Below the pieces are notes generated by a model. That model did no database searches. It saw only the letters and a program-made list of their open reading frames with translations, and was not told where the DNA came from. From an uncultured Thermococci archaeon (GTDB lineage Archaea > Methanobacteriota_B > Thermococci > Thermococcales > Thermococcaceae): 22,943 nucleotides of DNA. How positions within the stretch are numbered: position 1 is the stretch's first letter; each line of letters opens with the position of its first letter. Position numbers and translations under genes: made by a program. The stretch covers positions 1 through 22,943 of the forward strand of contig CAZAPD010000122.1 in assembly GCA_964487115.1 (NCBI GenBank), written 5' to 3'. Positions 1 to 9,135 of the stretch are shown piece by piece.

Positions 1-360
1 GATCTTTTTGACTCAGATAGGGTGCTCTTTCTCAATCCCATCATTTTCAGTGAGGTTACCTACCTCCTTCTGGGTTTCTACTCTGGAAGGGCACCGAGAA
101 CCCTTAAAGGACGACCCGAGAAGCTACCCGAAGAGATTAAGCTCGTCTTTAAGACCCTCGAAAGCTACGCTTTTGTTGATATAACTTTTCCAATAGCTAA
201 AACAGCTAGAAAACTCATCGAGAAGCATGCCATGCTGCCCAACGATGCCCTAATCCTTGCCACATGCATTGAACACGACTTCTCCCTTGCAATCCTTGAT
301 GAGGACTTCCTGCTCCCGGCGAAGGAAGCTGGTGTTGAAATCATAGGGGTGAAACAATGA
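1..360 (+). CDS. vapC: PIN-domain ribonuclease (VapC-like toxin), 5'-truncated by the window edge
   Basis: Frame is open from base 1 (DLFDSDRVLFLNPIIFSEV...). PIN acidic motifs are present: 'IIFSEV', 'LPNDALILATC' and 'LAILDEDF'. The stop overlaps the next start (ATGA at 357-360). Confidence 0.8.
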   Translation, partial: DLFDSDRVLFLNPIIFSEVTYLLLGFYSGRAPRTLKGRPEKLPEEIKLVFKTLESYAFVDITFPIAKTARKLIEKHAMLPNDALILATCIEHDFSLAILDEDFLLPAKEAGVEIIGVKQ

Positions 361-806
361 AGTCTGTAATCCTTGCACTCGGCAATGAACTCATGAAAGA
401 TGACGGCGTTGGTCTTAAAGTGGGTAGAATCTTAGCTCAAAAAGGATACAATGTCATTGAGGTCGGCACGGACATATTCAGGCTTCAGCGGCACTACAAT
501 GGAGAAGAGCGCTTAATAATCATCGACGCCATCTTAAGCGAGGAGTTTAAACCGGGCAAAATAATTCACCTCAGTGGTGAGGAGGTTTTTAAAGAGCTGA
601 AAGCAGAAATCAGGAGCGCCCACTTCATGGGAGCGATAGATGGTCTGAAGCTTTTAATGGCCTTGGATGAGCGCCTAAAAAATGTTGAACTGCACTTCAT
701 AGGAATTGTTGCGAAGGAAGTTGGGTTGGGAGTAGAGCTCAGTAAAGAGGTTGAGGAAGCCGTTCCAAATGCTATTAAGATTATAGAAGAGTTAGCTGAA
801 GATTGA
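357..806 (+). CDS. [NiFe]-hydrogenase maturation protease (HyaD/HybD/HycI family)
   Basis: Family motifs 'LALGNELMKDDGVG', 'LIIIDAI' and 'SAH'; 149 aa; GGGGTGA RBS upstream. Confidence 0.92.
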   Translation: MKSVILALGNELMKDDGVGLKVGRILAQKGYNVIEVGTDIFRLQRHYNGEERLIIIDAILSEEFKPGKIIHLSGEEVFKELKAEIRSAHFMGAIDGLKLLMALDERLKNVELHFIGIVAKEVGLGVELSKEVEEAVPNAIKIIEELAED

Positions 807-846
807 ATTAAATAACTAAACAATTAAATAATTAAATAAAAATGCA
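807..846. terminator. AT-rich spacer between convergent genes, probable terminator (T-rich on the - strand)
   Basis: Almost pure A/T with repeated ATTAAATAA, lying between two convergent stop codons. Confidence 0.35.
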
Positions 847-1140
847 TCACTCAAAGAGAATTTCGAGCTCTTTTTTCATTATATTTCTGTTCATTGTTAG
901 GTGGATCAGAATCAAAAACATCATGATGATTCCATATTTACTTCTGAGCTCCATAAACTGCAGTCTGTTTAGTCCAAGAAAGCTACCAGTTTTTGTGGCC
1001 ATTACCGTTCCGATGGTAATAAATATCACGCCAAGGAACATTATGAATAGAAGCATTGAGAAAGCAGCTTTCACTTTTAGTCTCTTTCTCATTTTCGGAT
1101 TTTTCTTTGCTTCTTCAAATGCTTTTGCCATTGGATCCAT
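847..1140 (-). CDS. Small hypothetical membrane protein (two predicted TM helices)
   Basis: GGAGGTGA RBS lies just upstream of the ATG at 1140 (MDPMAKAF...), so the start is moved from 1155. Hydrophobic segments: 'AAFSMLLFIMFLGVIFITIG' and 'YGIIMMFLILIHL'. Confidence 0.75.
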   Translation of the reverse strand: MDPMAKAFEEAKKNPKMRKRLKVKAAFSMLLFIMFLGVIFITIGTVMATKTGSFLGLNRLQFMELRSKYGIIMMFLILIHLTMNRNIMKKELEILFE

Positions 1141-1280
1141 GTTTTTCACCTCCAATAAACATTAGAGACACTGTACCAGAAAATTAAAATTCAATAGTTT
1201 AAAAATTGTAACTCGAATTTTTACATCAAAGTGCCATTAAGTTTCGATATTGAACCATAAAAGTAGAATAAATTTCGAAA

Positions 1281-2615
1281 TTACATACCCCCACTTACCG
1301 CAAGCTCAATGATCTTCCTTATCTCCACTAAAAACTCTGTTGGAATGTCCTTGAGCATTGGATCAAGGAACCCTTTAACTATGAGTTGTGTCGCTTTTTC
1401 TTCATCCAAACCTCTGGACATGAGGTAGAACAATTCTTCTTCTTTTATCTTCCCTATAGCCGCTTCATGACTCAGCTCGGCATCGTCGACCTGTGAGACT
1501 AATCCGGGATATGTCTCCATTCTGGCTGTATCACTCATCAAAAGAGCGTCACAGCTTATATGTCCCTTTGATTTTGGAGCTTGGGCATATATAATTCCTC
1601 TCGTTATCACTGTGGACTCGTCCATTATGACTGCCTTACTTGCATTTATTCCAGCAGCATTTTTACCTTGGAGATACATCTCACCACCGAGATCAACATA
1701 GAAATCTTTCTGACCGAGAATGATGCCATTTAGCTCTACATAACCCTTCTCACTAACCCAGTATTTTGGATTCGCAATGTTGGATTTTCCTGAGCCCAAT
1801 GTAACTGTGGTATTCAGGAAATTTGCCCCTTTTCCTATTCTGGCTCTTGTCATAGGTCTTGTATGAACATATTCAGGCCAGTTCTGTAGGACAGTTAGTT
1901 TTGCATTGGCATTCTCATGGAGATAGGCCTCTGTCATGTCAAGATGGAGGGAATGTCTAACAAGAACTGGGGAGGTACAGCCTTCTATCAAGTGAAATTC
2001 AGTGTTCTTTTCAGCGATAATGATTATATGTGGGGCCTGAGCAAGAGAGCTTTCCTGAATAAGGAAAAATAAATGAAGTGGAAACGGAACTTTAAGACCC
2101 TCTTTCACATACAGGAAGATTCCGCCGTTCCATACTGCAGTATGATAAGCCGCCATTTTACTTTCATATGGGCTAAACATCTTGAGAAAGTGTCTTTTGA
2201 TGATGTCAGGGTACCTCCTAACAGCCTCTTCCATGGGGAGAACTATAAGACCTTTCTTTTCCCATTCCTTCAGGAACTGATTATAAATAATGCTGGTATC
2301 TGTCTGAACCGCCAAGCCCGCTATATATCTCTGTTCAACTTCACTTATTCCTAATCTATCTAACAGGGCTTTCATCTCTGGTGGCAAATCCTCAAGGCTC
2401 TTAATTTCTGGTATTCCTGCAGTTTCAGGTTTTGCTATGAAATGCAGCAGTTGATCAATTGATATGACAGGATCACTATGTGGAGCCTTTTCAAAAGCTT
2501 CAAGTCCTTTGTACCTAATGCGGGTCATCCATTCTGGTTCCTTGTTCCTCTCTGCGAGATTTTCTATTTCCTGCGCTATGATTTCCTTAGCTTCTCCAAT
2601 TTCTATTGTATTCAT
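1281..2615 (-). CDS. sufB: Fe-S cluster assembly scaffold, SufB/SufD family
   Basis: Motifs 'EPEWM..IR', 'HTAVWNGGIFLYV', 'LIEGCT', 'GHISCDALL' and 'HEAAIGKIKEEELFYLMSRGLDEEKATQLIVKGF'. Coupled to sufC by an ATGA overlap. Confidence 0.93.
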   Translation of the reverse strand: MNTIEIGEAKEIIAQEIENLAERNKEPEWMTRIRYKGLEAFEKAPHSDPVISIDQLLHFIAKPETAGIPEIKSLEDLPPEMKALLDRLGISEVEQRYIAGLAVQTDTSIIYNQFLKEWEKKGLIVLPMEEAVRRYPDIIKRHFLKMFSPYESKMAAYHTAVWNGGIFLYVKEGLKVPFPLHLFFLIQESSLAQAPHIIIIAEKNTEFHLIEGCTSPVLVRHSLHLDMTEAYLHENANAKLTVLQNWPEYVHTRPMTRARIGKGANFLNTTVTLGSGKSNIANPKYWVSEKGYVELNGIILGQKDFYVDLGGEMYLQGKNAAGINASKAVIMDESTVITRGIIYAQAPKSKGHISCDALLMSDTARMETYPGLVSQVDDAELSHEAAIGKIKEEELFYLMSRGLDEEKATQLIVKGFLDPMLKDIPTEFLVEIRKIIELAVSGGM

Positions 2616-3352
2616 ATGCCTACCTCCTCAAAGATTTTCTGAAATCCTTTCTCCTCTATTTCCTCGACAAATTCACCGCTTCTGCTCATGACGATTTTAC
2701 CATTTTTCATGACATGTACCTGAAAGCTTGATGGATCAAGATGCTGCAGGATTCTTCCGTAATGGGTTATCAAGAGTATTGAAGTTCCATTCTGATGGAG
2801 TTCCTCAATCTTTCTGGAGATAACACTTAAAGAATCAACGTCCACACCACTATCGGGTTCATCGAGGATGAGGAGTTTGGGTTCTATTAGAACTGCCTGA
2901 AGCAGCTCAAGCCTTTTTCTTTCGCCGCCTGAAAATCCCACATTAACGTATCTGTGAAGATCCTCTTCTTTGAACCATAAATCCTTGGCTTTTTCTACTA
3001 TCAAATCATATGCGTCTGCTAAATCAATTCCCTTAAGCTCGTGAAGAACCTGCTGGAGGAATTCGATTATCCTAACTCCCTCAACCTCTTCCGGATGCTG
3101 AAATGCAATCAAAATCCCCTTTTTAACTCTCTCATTTGGAGGAAGGTTGGTAATCTCGCTCCCATCAAAAATGATTTTCCCATCTCTTACATTGTATTTA
3201 GGATGACCAGCGATAGTTAGAGCCAGGGTGGATTTTCCCGAACCATTTGGTCCCATAACAACATGGAACTCTCCATCTCCTATGTCGAGGTTGACACCCT
3301 TTAGAATCTGCTTATTTTCAGCTGTTACTATTAAGTTCTGAATTTGCAGCAA
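2612..3352 (-). CDS. sufC: Fe-S cluster assembly ABC ATPase SufC
   Basis: Walker A GPNGSGKS, signature 'VNVGFSGGERKRLE', Walker B 'LLILDEPDSGVDVD' and 'ITHY'. GGAGGTGA RBS precedes the TTG at 3352, the probable start rather than 3385. Confidence 0.95.
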   Translation of the reverse strand: MLQIQNLIVTAENKQILKGVNLDIGDGEFHVVMGPNGSGKSTLALTIAGHPKYNVRDGKIIFDGSEITNLPPNERVKKGILIAFQHPEEVEGVRIIEFLQQVLHELKGIDLADAYDLIVEKAKDLWFKEEDLHRYVNVGFSGGERKRLELLQAVLIEPKLLILDEPDSGVDVDSLSVISRKIEELHQNGTSILLITHYGRILQHLDPSSFQVHVMKNGKIVMSRSGEFVEEIEEKGFQKIFEEVGI

Positions 3353-3462
3353 GCTCTCACCTCCAAGGTAGAGTGAATAGAACATCTCTTAAGCATTTCT
3401 GGTCAAAGCTGTGGAACAACATATAAATAGGTTTCCATAAAAATCTCCCTGGAGGGTAGTCT

Positions 3463-3753
3463 ATGCTAATCGCTAAACCATGCGTAACAATGAAGGGTCT
3501 CGTAATTCAAGCTTATTCCTGGGAGAAGAAGATTAGAATCAATCTTGCAGAGGTCAAAAGGTGCTTAGAAAACCGTTCGATTAAGATAGAGACATTTATC
3601 CCAGATATGATGCTGATTGCACTCATAGATGGTTTTGAAACGAGCATTTATCCAAGTGGAAAGATAATAATCAAGGAGCTTGGAAATACAGAGAGAGGTA
3701 AAGAAATTGCTGCGATAATACTGGAGTGTGCAGGGCTCTCCGATCTTCTTTAG
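3463..3753 (+). CDS. Hypothetical protein, possible single TBP-like domain
   Basis: GGAGGG RBS and an upstream ATATAAA box (3421-3427). 'SIYPSGKIII' resembles the TBP repeat motif LIF.SGKIVI. Confidence 0.7.
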   Translation: MLIAKPCVTMKGLVIQAYSWEKKIRINLAEVKRCLENRSIKIETFIPDMMLIALIDGFETSIYPSGKIIIKELGNTERGKEIAAIILECAGLSDLL

Positions 3754-5664
3754 TTATGCTGTGTTTAATGGCAGGGCTTTCTTTATCTTTTTTATAAGCT
3801 GATTCTTCTTTTCACTGTCTTCAAGTGCTATCTCTAAAACTTGGTCAATCGTTTCAACTGGGATAATTTTTATCTTCTCAGCTTTATCTTTGCTGAGAAA
3901 CACATCTTTCTCATTGCTCTTTGGAATAATTACTGTTTTGATACCTGCCTCAACTGCTGCCTCTATCTTCGGCGTTGCCCCTCCAATAGGCAGAACCTCA
4001 CCTCTAACACTCAGCGAACCTGTCATAGCCACATCTTGTTTTATTGGTACTTCTTCAAGAGCTGAAATAACGGCTGTAGCAACGCTTATGCTTGCTGAAT
4101 CACCCTCAACACCCTCATATGTCTGAAGGAACTGGACGTGGATATCGTATCGACTGATGTCCTCCCCTTTATATCGCTTGATTATAGCTGAGACGTTCTG
4201 AACGGCCTCTTTAGCAATTTCACCAAGTTTTCCTGTAACAATGATCTTACCTTCCTCCTTACTGGCTGCTGGAGCAACGACAGCTTCAATTGGCAGTACA
4301 ATACCGCTCTGCTCACCTATAACTGCCAGACCGTTCACTCTTCCGATTTCGCTGCCTTCACTTTTTATAACCTGATATTCCTTCTTTCTTTCAATATACC
4401 AGTCTGCCAGCTGTTTTTCTAAGGGTTTTGCCATGTTTATGGCTTCAATGACATGTTCTCTTGTTACGTACTTGGCTCCTTCTCTCACAGCTATATCCCC
4501 TGCTGCCCTCACAATTCCCCCAAGGTCTCTCAATCTTAGGGTTAAGTGTCCTTTCCTTCCAGCCCTCTTTTGGGCTTCTCTGACTATTTCCTCAACTGCA
4601 TCTTTGGTGAAGTGGGGTATCTTTCCATCCCTGATAACTTCCTGAGCGACAAACTGAACAAGCTTTTTCCTGTTTTCCAAAGTATCTGGCATTGTGGTTC
4701 TCATATAAACTTCGTAACCGTAACCCCTAATTCTCGATCTCAACGCAGGATGCATTTTATCAACGGTGTCAAGATTTCCAGCAGCGACCAGTATGAAATC
4801 ACATGGAACAGGTTCTGTTCTAACCATTGCACCACTCGAAAGTTCGCTTTGTCCTGTAATTGACATTTTCTTTTCTTGCATTGCTGTAAGAAGACTTTGC
4901 TGCATCTTTATACTCAGTGTTGCTATCTCATCAATGAATAAGACTCCTTTATTGGCTCTGTGTATCATCCCCGGTTCTACTCGTTCATGGGCAGGTGTTC
5001 CTAATCCACCACTTTGAAATGGATCGTGCCTAACATCTCCAAGCAGAGCTCCTGCATGTGCCCCAGTTGCATCTACAAATGGGGCTTTACTTTTGCCACA
5101 ATTATCAATCAGAAGCTTTGGAACAAGAACCTGATTTTTCATTCTTAAGTTAGAGATTGCCATTATTGAAATGATTATAACAAACAGTCCCATAAGAAGG
5201 TTGGTAGGATTAAATTGTATTAAAAGTGCCAACATTACAGTAAAGAATACGAAGAGAAGCAGATATGACTTGATATTTTCTTGGCTTTTGGCTTTCTCTT
5301 TGTATCTGGCGACAATTTTTCTGCCTTGACATGCAGGGACAGTTTTAATTTTTGGCATGTTTTCATCTTCTGGATTTGGAAAGACTAAAATATCCTCCAG
5401 ATTTTCTGTAGGGAGCAGTTCTGCCATCGCCTGACCAAGCATTGATTTCCCAGTTCCGGGTTCACCAATTAGAAGAACATGCCTTTTCTGCTTTGCAGCT
5501 GTTTTTATAACCTCAACTGCATGTTCCTGACCAATAACCTGATCGATGAGCTTTTCTGGAACTTTAATTTCTTCAGTTGTCTTAAAATCGACTCCTAATT
5601 CAAGCTTTTCCCCATATTGTGGGGGAATGCTCTCTTTTATTTCCACTCTCTCCTCATTGTCCAT
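3754..5664 (-). CDS. lonB: Archaeal membrane-anchored ATP-dependent protease LonB (no intein)
   Basis: Walker A GEPGTGKS, two TM helices inserted in the AAA domain, Walker B 'LFIDE', catalytic Ser in 'EGDSAS' and Lys in '[10 protein letters not shown]'. Confidence 0.97.
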   Translation of the reverse strand: MDNEERVEIKESIPPQYGEKLELGVDFKTTEEIKVPEKLIDQVIGQEHAVEVIKTAAKQKRHVLLIGEPGTGKSMLGQAMAELLPTENLEDILVFPNPEDENMPKIKTVPACQGRKIVARYKEKAKSQENIKSYLLLFVFFTVMLALLIQFNPTNLLMGLFVIIISIMAISNLRMKNQVLVPKLLIDNCGKSKAPFVDATGAHAGALLGDVRHDPFQSGGLGTPAHERVEPGMIHRANKGVLFIDEIATLSIKMQQSLLTAMQEKKMSITGQSELSSGAMVRTEPVPCDFILVAAGNLDTVDKMHPALRSRIRGYGYEVYMRTTMPDTLENRKKLVQFVAQEVIRDGKIPHFTKDAVEEIVREAQKRAGRKGHLTLRLRDLGGIVRAAGDIAVREGAKYVTREHVIEAINMAKPLEKQLADWYIERKKEYQVIKSEGSEIGRVNGLAVIGEQSGIVLPIEAVVAPAASKEEGKIIVTGKLGEIAKEAVQNVSAIIKRYKGEDISRYDIHVQFLQTYEGVEGDSASISVATAVISALEEVPIKQDVAMTGSLSVRGEVLPIGGATPKIEAAVEAGIKTVIIPKSNEKDVFLSKDKAEKIKIIPVETIDQVLEIALEDSEKKNQLIKKIKKALPLNTA

Positions 5665-5776
5665 CTTTGTTCCCTCTTCCCACTCTAATTTCAGGTGCTT
5701 AACTAACTTTATAACTTTTTTTGCTTGAGAACTAAAGAAATATAAATGACAAAATGTAATTAATACGGGGGTGGTT

Positions 5777-6574
5777 ATGGTGCGGATTGAAGATCACATA
5801 ATGTTCACCGCAAAGCATAGAAATTGGAAGGTTGGAGATAAACTTTTAGTGATGGAGAATCCAGAAATCGCCCATTTCTTAGCTTCAATCTCCAATACTG
5901 TTAATACTAAGATTCCCGAGTATTTGATAGATGTAATTAATGTGCCGGCGGTAGTTTCACTTGCAGAAGAGGTTGCAGAGAGTGAGCTGGAGAAGATTAT
6001 AAAAACTTTGAAATCCCCTGGAACATCAAGAAAGCTTGGTAAGCTGGTATTTGAAGAAAATAAAAAATTAAAAAAGAACATAGTTGATGTTGCAAGATCT
6101 CTTTTGGTAAGAGAAGCAATTTCGAGGAAGGTTTGCATATATTATCCAGAAGGAGAAATAAAGGAACTTAAGGTTGTTTTACCCTATCCAGACGAGCATA
6201 TCAACTTTACCGCCAAGCAGGGAAGCTGGATAGTCGTTAAGAGACTTATGATCGATGAAAAAACGCCTCTCGCGGATGTTGCAAGAATCCTATCCAGTAT
6301 AAACGAAACCATAACACTAAAACTCCCTGTATATGCCAGAATAGACATTGGAAGAATTGATACATGGTTTGGAGATATCAAGAAAGCCCGGAGTAAGATG
6401 GAGATAGAGACTCTTGTCAACAAATACCGACACTTTCCGGCACATGAATACGCTCCTGAGGGTTTTGAGGAACATGCTAAAATATACGCTCTTAGAAAGG
6501 TCTTGGAAAAGACTGGTTTAACCATGGATATACCTGCTAAGTCCCTGGAGAAATACCTGGAGAAAACAGCATAG
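5777..6574 (+). CDS. DUF2666-like protein with internal duplication
   Basis: GGGGGTGG RBS precedes the ATG at 5777. Two similar modules begin '[12 protein letters not shown]' and '[12 protein letters not shown]'. The family name is from recall. Confidence 0.72.
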   Translation: MVRIEDHIMFTAKHRNWKVGDKLLVMENPEIAHFLASISNTVNTKIPEYLIDVINVPAVVSLAEEVAESELEKIIKTLKSPGTSRKLGKLVFEENKKLKKNIVDVARSLLVREAISRKVCIYYPEGEIKELKVVLPYPDEHINFTAKQGSWIVVKRLMIDEKTPLADVARILSSINETITLKLPVYARIDIGRIDTWFGDIKKARSKMEIETLVNKYRHFPAHEYAPEGFEEHAKIYALRKVLEKTGLTMDIPAKSLEKYLEKTA

Positions 6575-6653
6575 TGGTAAATCCTAACTCTTAGTTAAAT
6601 GCAGAAAATCTTATATCCCTTTTCTTTGATTGTTTTTCTGGGATTGATTGAAA

Positions 6654-7310
6654 ATGAAAGTAAGTCCGGGGGCGTTAGTTGTTTTGTATTTGGAGGATTT
6701 TGCAAAGGAAAACAAATCACTCAAAAAGGGGGTTAATTATTTTGAATGGCAGAAAAAGAGGTATGATGCGGAAGAAATTGCATATTCTATAGTAGGGATG
6801 ACTCTCTCTAAGCTGGTTAGAGATGGGTACATAAGATTAGAGCTTAAAAAGGGAATTTTTGGGAAGAAAGTCTTGGTGACAAGATTCAAAACAATCCCAG
6901 ATGAGTATGGAGTTATTACTAAAGGTATAAACAGTATGCAAGCTTATAAGGGGATTGACCTACATTCGGCATTGTTTCTCTCTTTCCCAGTGTCACCATT
7001 CCCAGCAGCATTTTTAGGTTCGTATATCATACAGGAGGAACTCAAGGATGTTGATGCACTTAAACTCCGTGAGGATCCGGAGGTTATTTTAGAAAAAGAA
7101 CGAACAAAAGCCATTTTTGAGACTTTTAAAATGCAGGATGAGGAATTATGGAAGGCTATTAAAAAAGAGATTGACAAGGCTTTTAATCTTGTTAGAGGAA
7201 AAAAAGGGTGGGTTCTGTATTCTCCTCTGGATATGTTACAGAATAAAAAGGGAAAAGATGAGAGCAATGGAAAAAACAGAAGGCAGAAAAAAGATAAAGA
7301 TAAGAAATGA
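6654..7310 (+). CDS. Hypothetical protein
   Basis: About 220-codon ORF with typical composition; ATG at 6654; CTTATAT box near 6610. The Lys-rich C-terminus overlaps the next gene. Confidence 0.75.
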   Translation: MKVSPGALVVLYLEDFAKENKSLKKGVNYFEWQKKRYDAEEIAYSIVGMTLSKLVRDGYIRLELKKGIFGKKVLVTRFKTIPDEYGVITKGINSMQAYKGIDLHSALFLSFPVSPFPAAFLGSYIIQEELKDVDALKLREDPEVILEKERTKAIFETFKMQDEELWKAIKKEIDKAFNLVRGKKGWVLYSPLDMLQNKKGKDESNGKNRRQKKDKDKK

Positions 7311-7656
7311 GCTGTTGGAATATCTCCTCGAATTAGCCAAGGAATTTTATCCCAATGAATTTGGAGGTTTCCTTCGTGAGAGAAATGGGATATTTGAGGA
7401 AGTCCTCATAATTCCCAAGGGATACTTTGGTAGAAATTCTGTATATTTTAACACATGGCTTTTACCTCACGATGAGAGCATCAAAGGAACGGTGCATACT
7501 CATCCATCAATATCAGCAGAGCCTTCTGGGGCAGATCTCTACTTCTTTTCCAAGTTTGGGGGTGTGCATTTGATAATATCATTTCCCTTTACAAAAAATA
7601 CAGTAAGAGCATACACAAGCGAGGGAGAGGAAGTGGAAATTGAGATTGTGGATTAA
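7267..7656 (+). CDS. JAMM/MPN+ (Mov34) metalloprotease, desampylase-like
   Basis: 'YPNEFGGFL' supplies the catalytic Glu and 'HTHPSISAEPSGADL' matches HxH-x7-S-x2-D. The real start is probably the ATG at 7258 or 7267, not 7117. Confidence 0.88.
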   Translation: MEKTEGRKKIKIRNELLEYLLELAKEFYPNEFGGFLRERNGIFEEVLIIPKGYFGRNSVYFNTWLLPHDESIKGTVHTHPSISAEPSGADLYFFSKFGGVHLIISFPFTKNTVRAYTSEGEEVEIEIVD

Positions 7657-7710
7657 TTTCACATGAAAATTTTTAAAGTTTGATGTTAAAAACATTCTTT
7701 GGTGATTCGG

Positions 7711-8085
7711 GTGAAGATTAAGGAACTGATTGAGAGCCTTAATGATAAACAAAAAAAGACTGTCTTGAGATGCATGGAAAGGTGCAATCTGATAGATCCT
7801 GAAGAGGACATTGATATCAGCCTTGACAGGAATTTGAGTAGATTTTTAAAGCTTGTAGGGAATCCAATCAGATTCCAGATTCTAAAAATGCTCAAGGACA
7901 GGGAACTCTGTGTGTGTTTGATATCCCAAGCGTTAAATCAGGATCAAACTCTGATAAGTCACCATCTCAGAGCGCTTAAGGAACTAAACTTAGTAACTGA
8001 GAAAAGGGAAGGGAAGCTCAAATTCTACAGAACGAATGCCAAAGAAATCAAAAAATACTTGAAAATGCTGGAAGATGTTCTTTAA
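7711..8085 (+). CDS. ArsR/SmtB-family transcriptional regulator
   Basis: 'GNPIRFQILKML', metal-site-like 'ELCVC' and 'SHHLRALKELNLV..KREGK..FY'. GGTGA RBS (7701-7705) precedes the GTG at 7711. Confidence 0.9.
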   Translation: MKIKELIESLNDKQKKTVLRCMERCNLIDPEEDIDISLDRNLSRFLKLVGNPIRFQILKMLKDRELCVCLISQALNQDQTLISHHLRALKELNLVTEKREGKLKFYRTNAKEIKKYLKMLEDVL

Positions 8086-8108
8086 ATTTTCCTTCGCACG
8101 GTGGTTCT

Positions 8109-8423
8109 ATGAATGAGCTCCAAAGAGAAGTGGATAAATTGGTAAGAGAATTTGGTGGTTATTGGGAACCTTTTGAAATGCTTGCTGCAGTGACGGAGGA
8201 ATTAGGTGAGGTAGCCCGAGAAGTTTTGGAATTGGAGGGGGTAAAAGGAAAGGGAAACATGGAAAGGTTGGAGGAGGAATTAGGGGACTTACTTTTTTCC
8301 ATCTCGTGTGTTGCAAACTTTTATGGGATAGATATTTTTGATGCATTATCAAGGAGTATTGAAAAGTATAGGAGGAGAGATTCAGGAAGATGGTCATCTG
8401 ATAAGACAGGAAATTTGAAATAG
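8109..8423 (+). CDS. MazG-like nucleotide pyrophosphohydrolase
   Basis: Two EExGE/D helices: 'EELGEVAREV' and 'LEEELGDLLF'. Confidence 0.88.
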   Translation: MNELQREVDKLVREFGGYWEPFEMLAAVTEELGEVAREVLELEGVKGKGNMERLEEELGDLLFSISCVANFYGIDIFDALSRSIEKYRRRDSGRWSSDKTGNLK

Positions 8424-8603
8424 CGTTTAAGTTGCCATTCTTTGTTTTATGTTACTTATCTTCATGTTCATTGTAGTACCCAATAAATATCAGAATGTTC
8501 TATTATTACATAAAGTTTGGCAAATATTAGATTAGTACCAGTAAATTGGATAAGATACGAAACATTTTTATAAAGCCAATACCTCTTATTATAGGGGATT
8601 TCC

Positions 8604-9053
8604 ATGAGGGCTAAAATCGATGCCATCGATTTAAAACTTATGGAGTTGCTCTCCGAGAACTCCAGATTGACATACAAGGAACTGGCAGCAAAACTAAAAA
8701 CCACAAGACAGAGGGTCTCAAGGAGGCTGGAAAAACTTGAAAAGACAGGACTTATCAAAAAATATACCATAATCCCAGATTTTGATCAGCTGGGTTATAT
8801 TTATGTTGTTCTCGGAATAACAGTGAAACCGGGAACTGATATTGATCCTATAGTGGAGGACTTGAAAAACGAGCCGGATGTAAAAGTTATTGAAAAGGCT
8901 CTTGGTTCCCATAATCTTATTCTCCACCTCCTCGCACCAAAGGACATGAAGGCACTCGAGACAAGGATCAATGAAATATCAAGTAAGATACGTGGCATGG
9001 ATAAGCTGGATATAACATTCATCACAGACATTGTTAAGTTTGAAACTCTTTAA
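8604..9053 (+). CDS. Lrp/AsnC-family transcriptional regulator
   Basis: N-terminal HTH 'IDAIDLKLMELLSENSRLTYKELA...RRLEKLEKTGLIKKY' plus a C-terminal RAM domain. TTTTTATAAA box near 8565. Confidence 0.92.
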   Translation: MRAKIDAIDLKLMELLSENSRLTYKELAAKLKTTRQRVSRRLEKLEKTGLIKKYTIIPDFDQLGYIYVVLGITVKPGTDIDPIVEDLKNEPDVKVIEKALGSHNLILHLLAPKDMKALETRINEISSKIRGMDKLDITFITDIVKFETL

Positions 9054-9135
9054 TTTCCTTTATTATTTCTTTCGGCAATAGACGAGGAAAAGAATAATAA
9101 ACCCTTCAAATACTCTGCTGTTAAAGGTGACAGTG

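Noticed and set aside
923..970. ATGATGA...CTGA resembling a second C/D sRNA
   Set aside because: No convincing C' box or final D box follows, and it lies antisense inside a coding region.
7117..7257. N-terminal extension of the JAMM ORF
   Set aside because: It lies wholly within the upstream gene in another frame; the JAMM domain begins after about 7267.
8424..8603. 180-bp AT-rich intergenic region and the overlapping 8468-8770 - strand ORF
   Set aside because: No repeats, boxes or stable structure are visible, so it is best read as terminator plus Lrp promoter. The ORF is a shadow of the Lrp gene.
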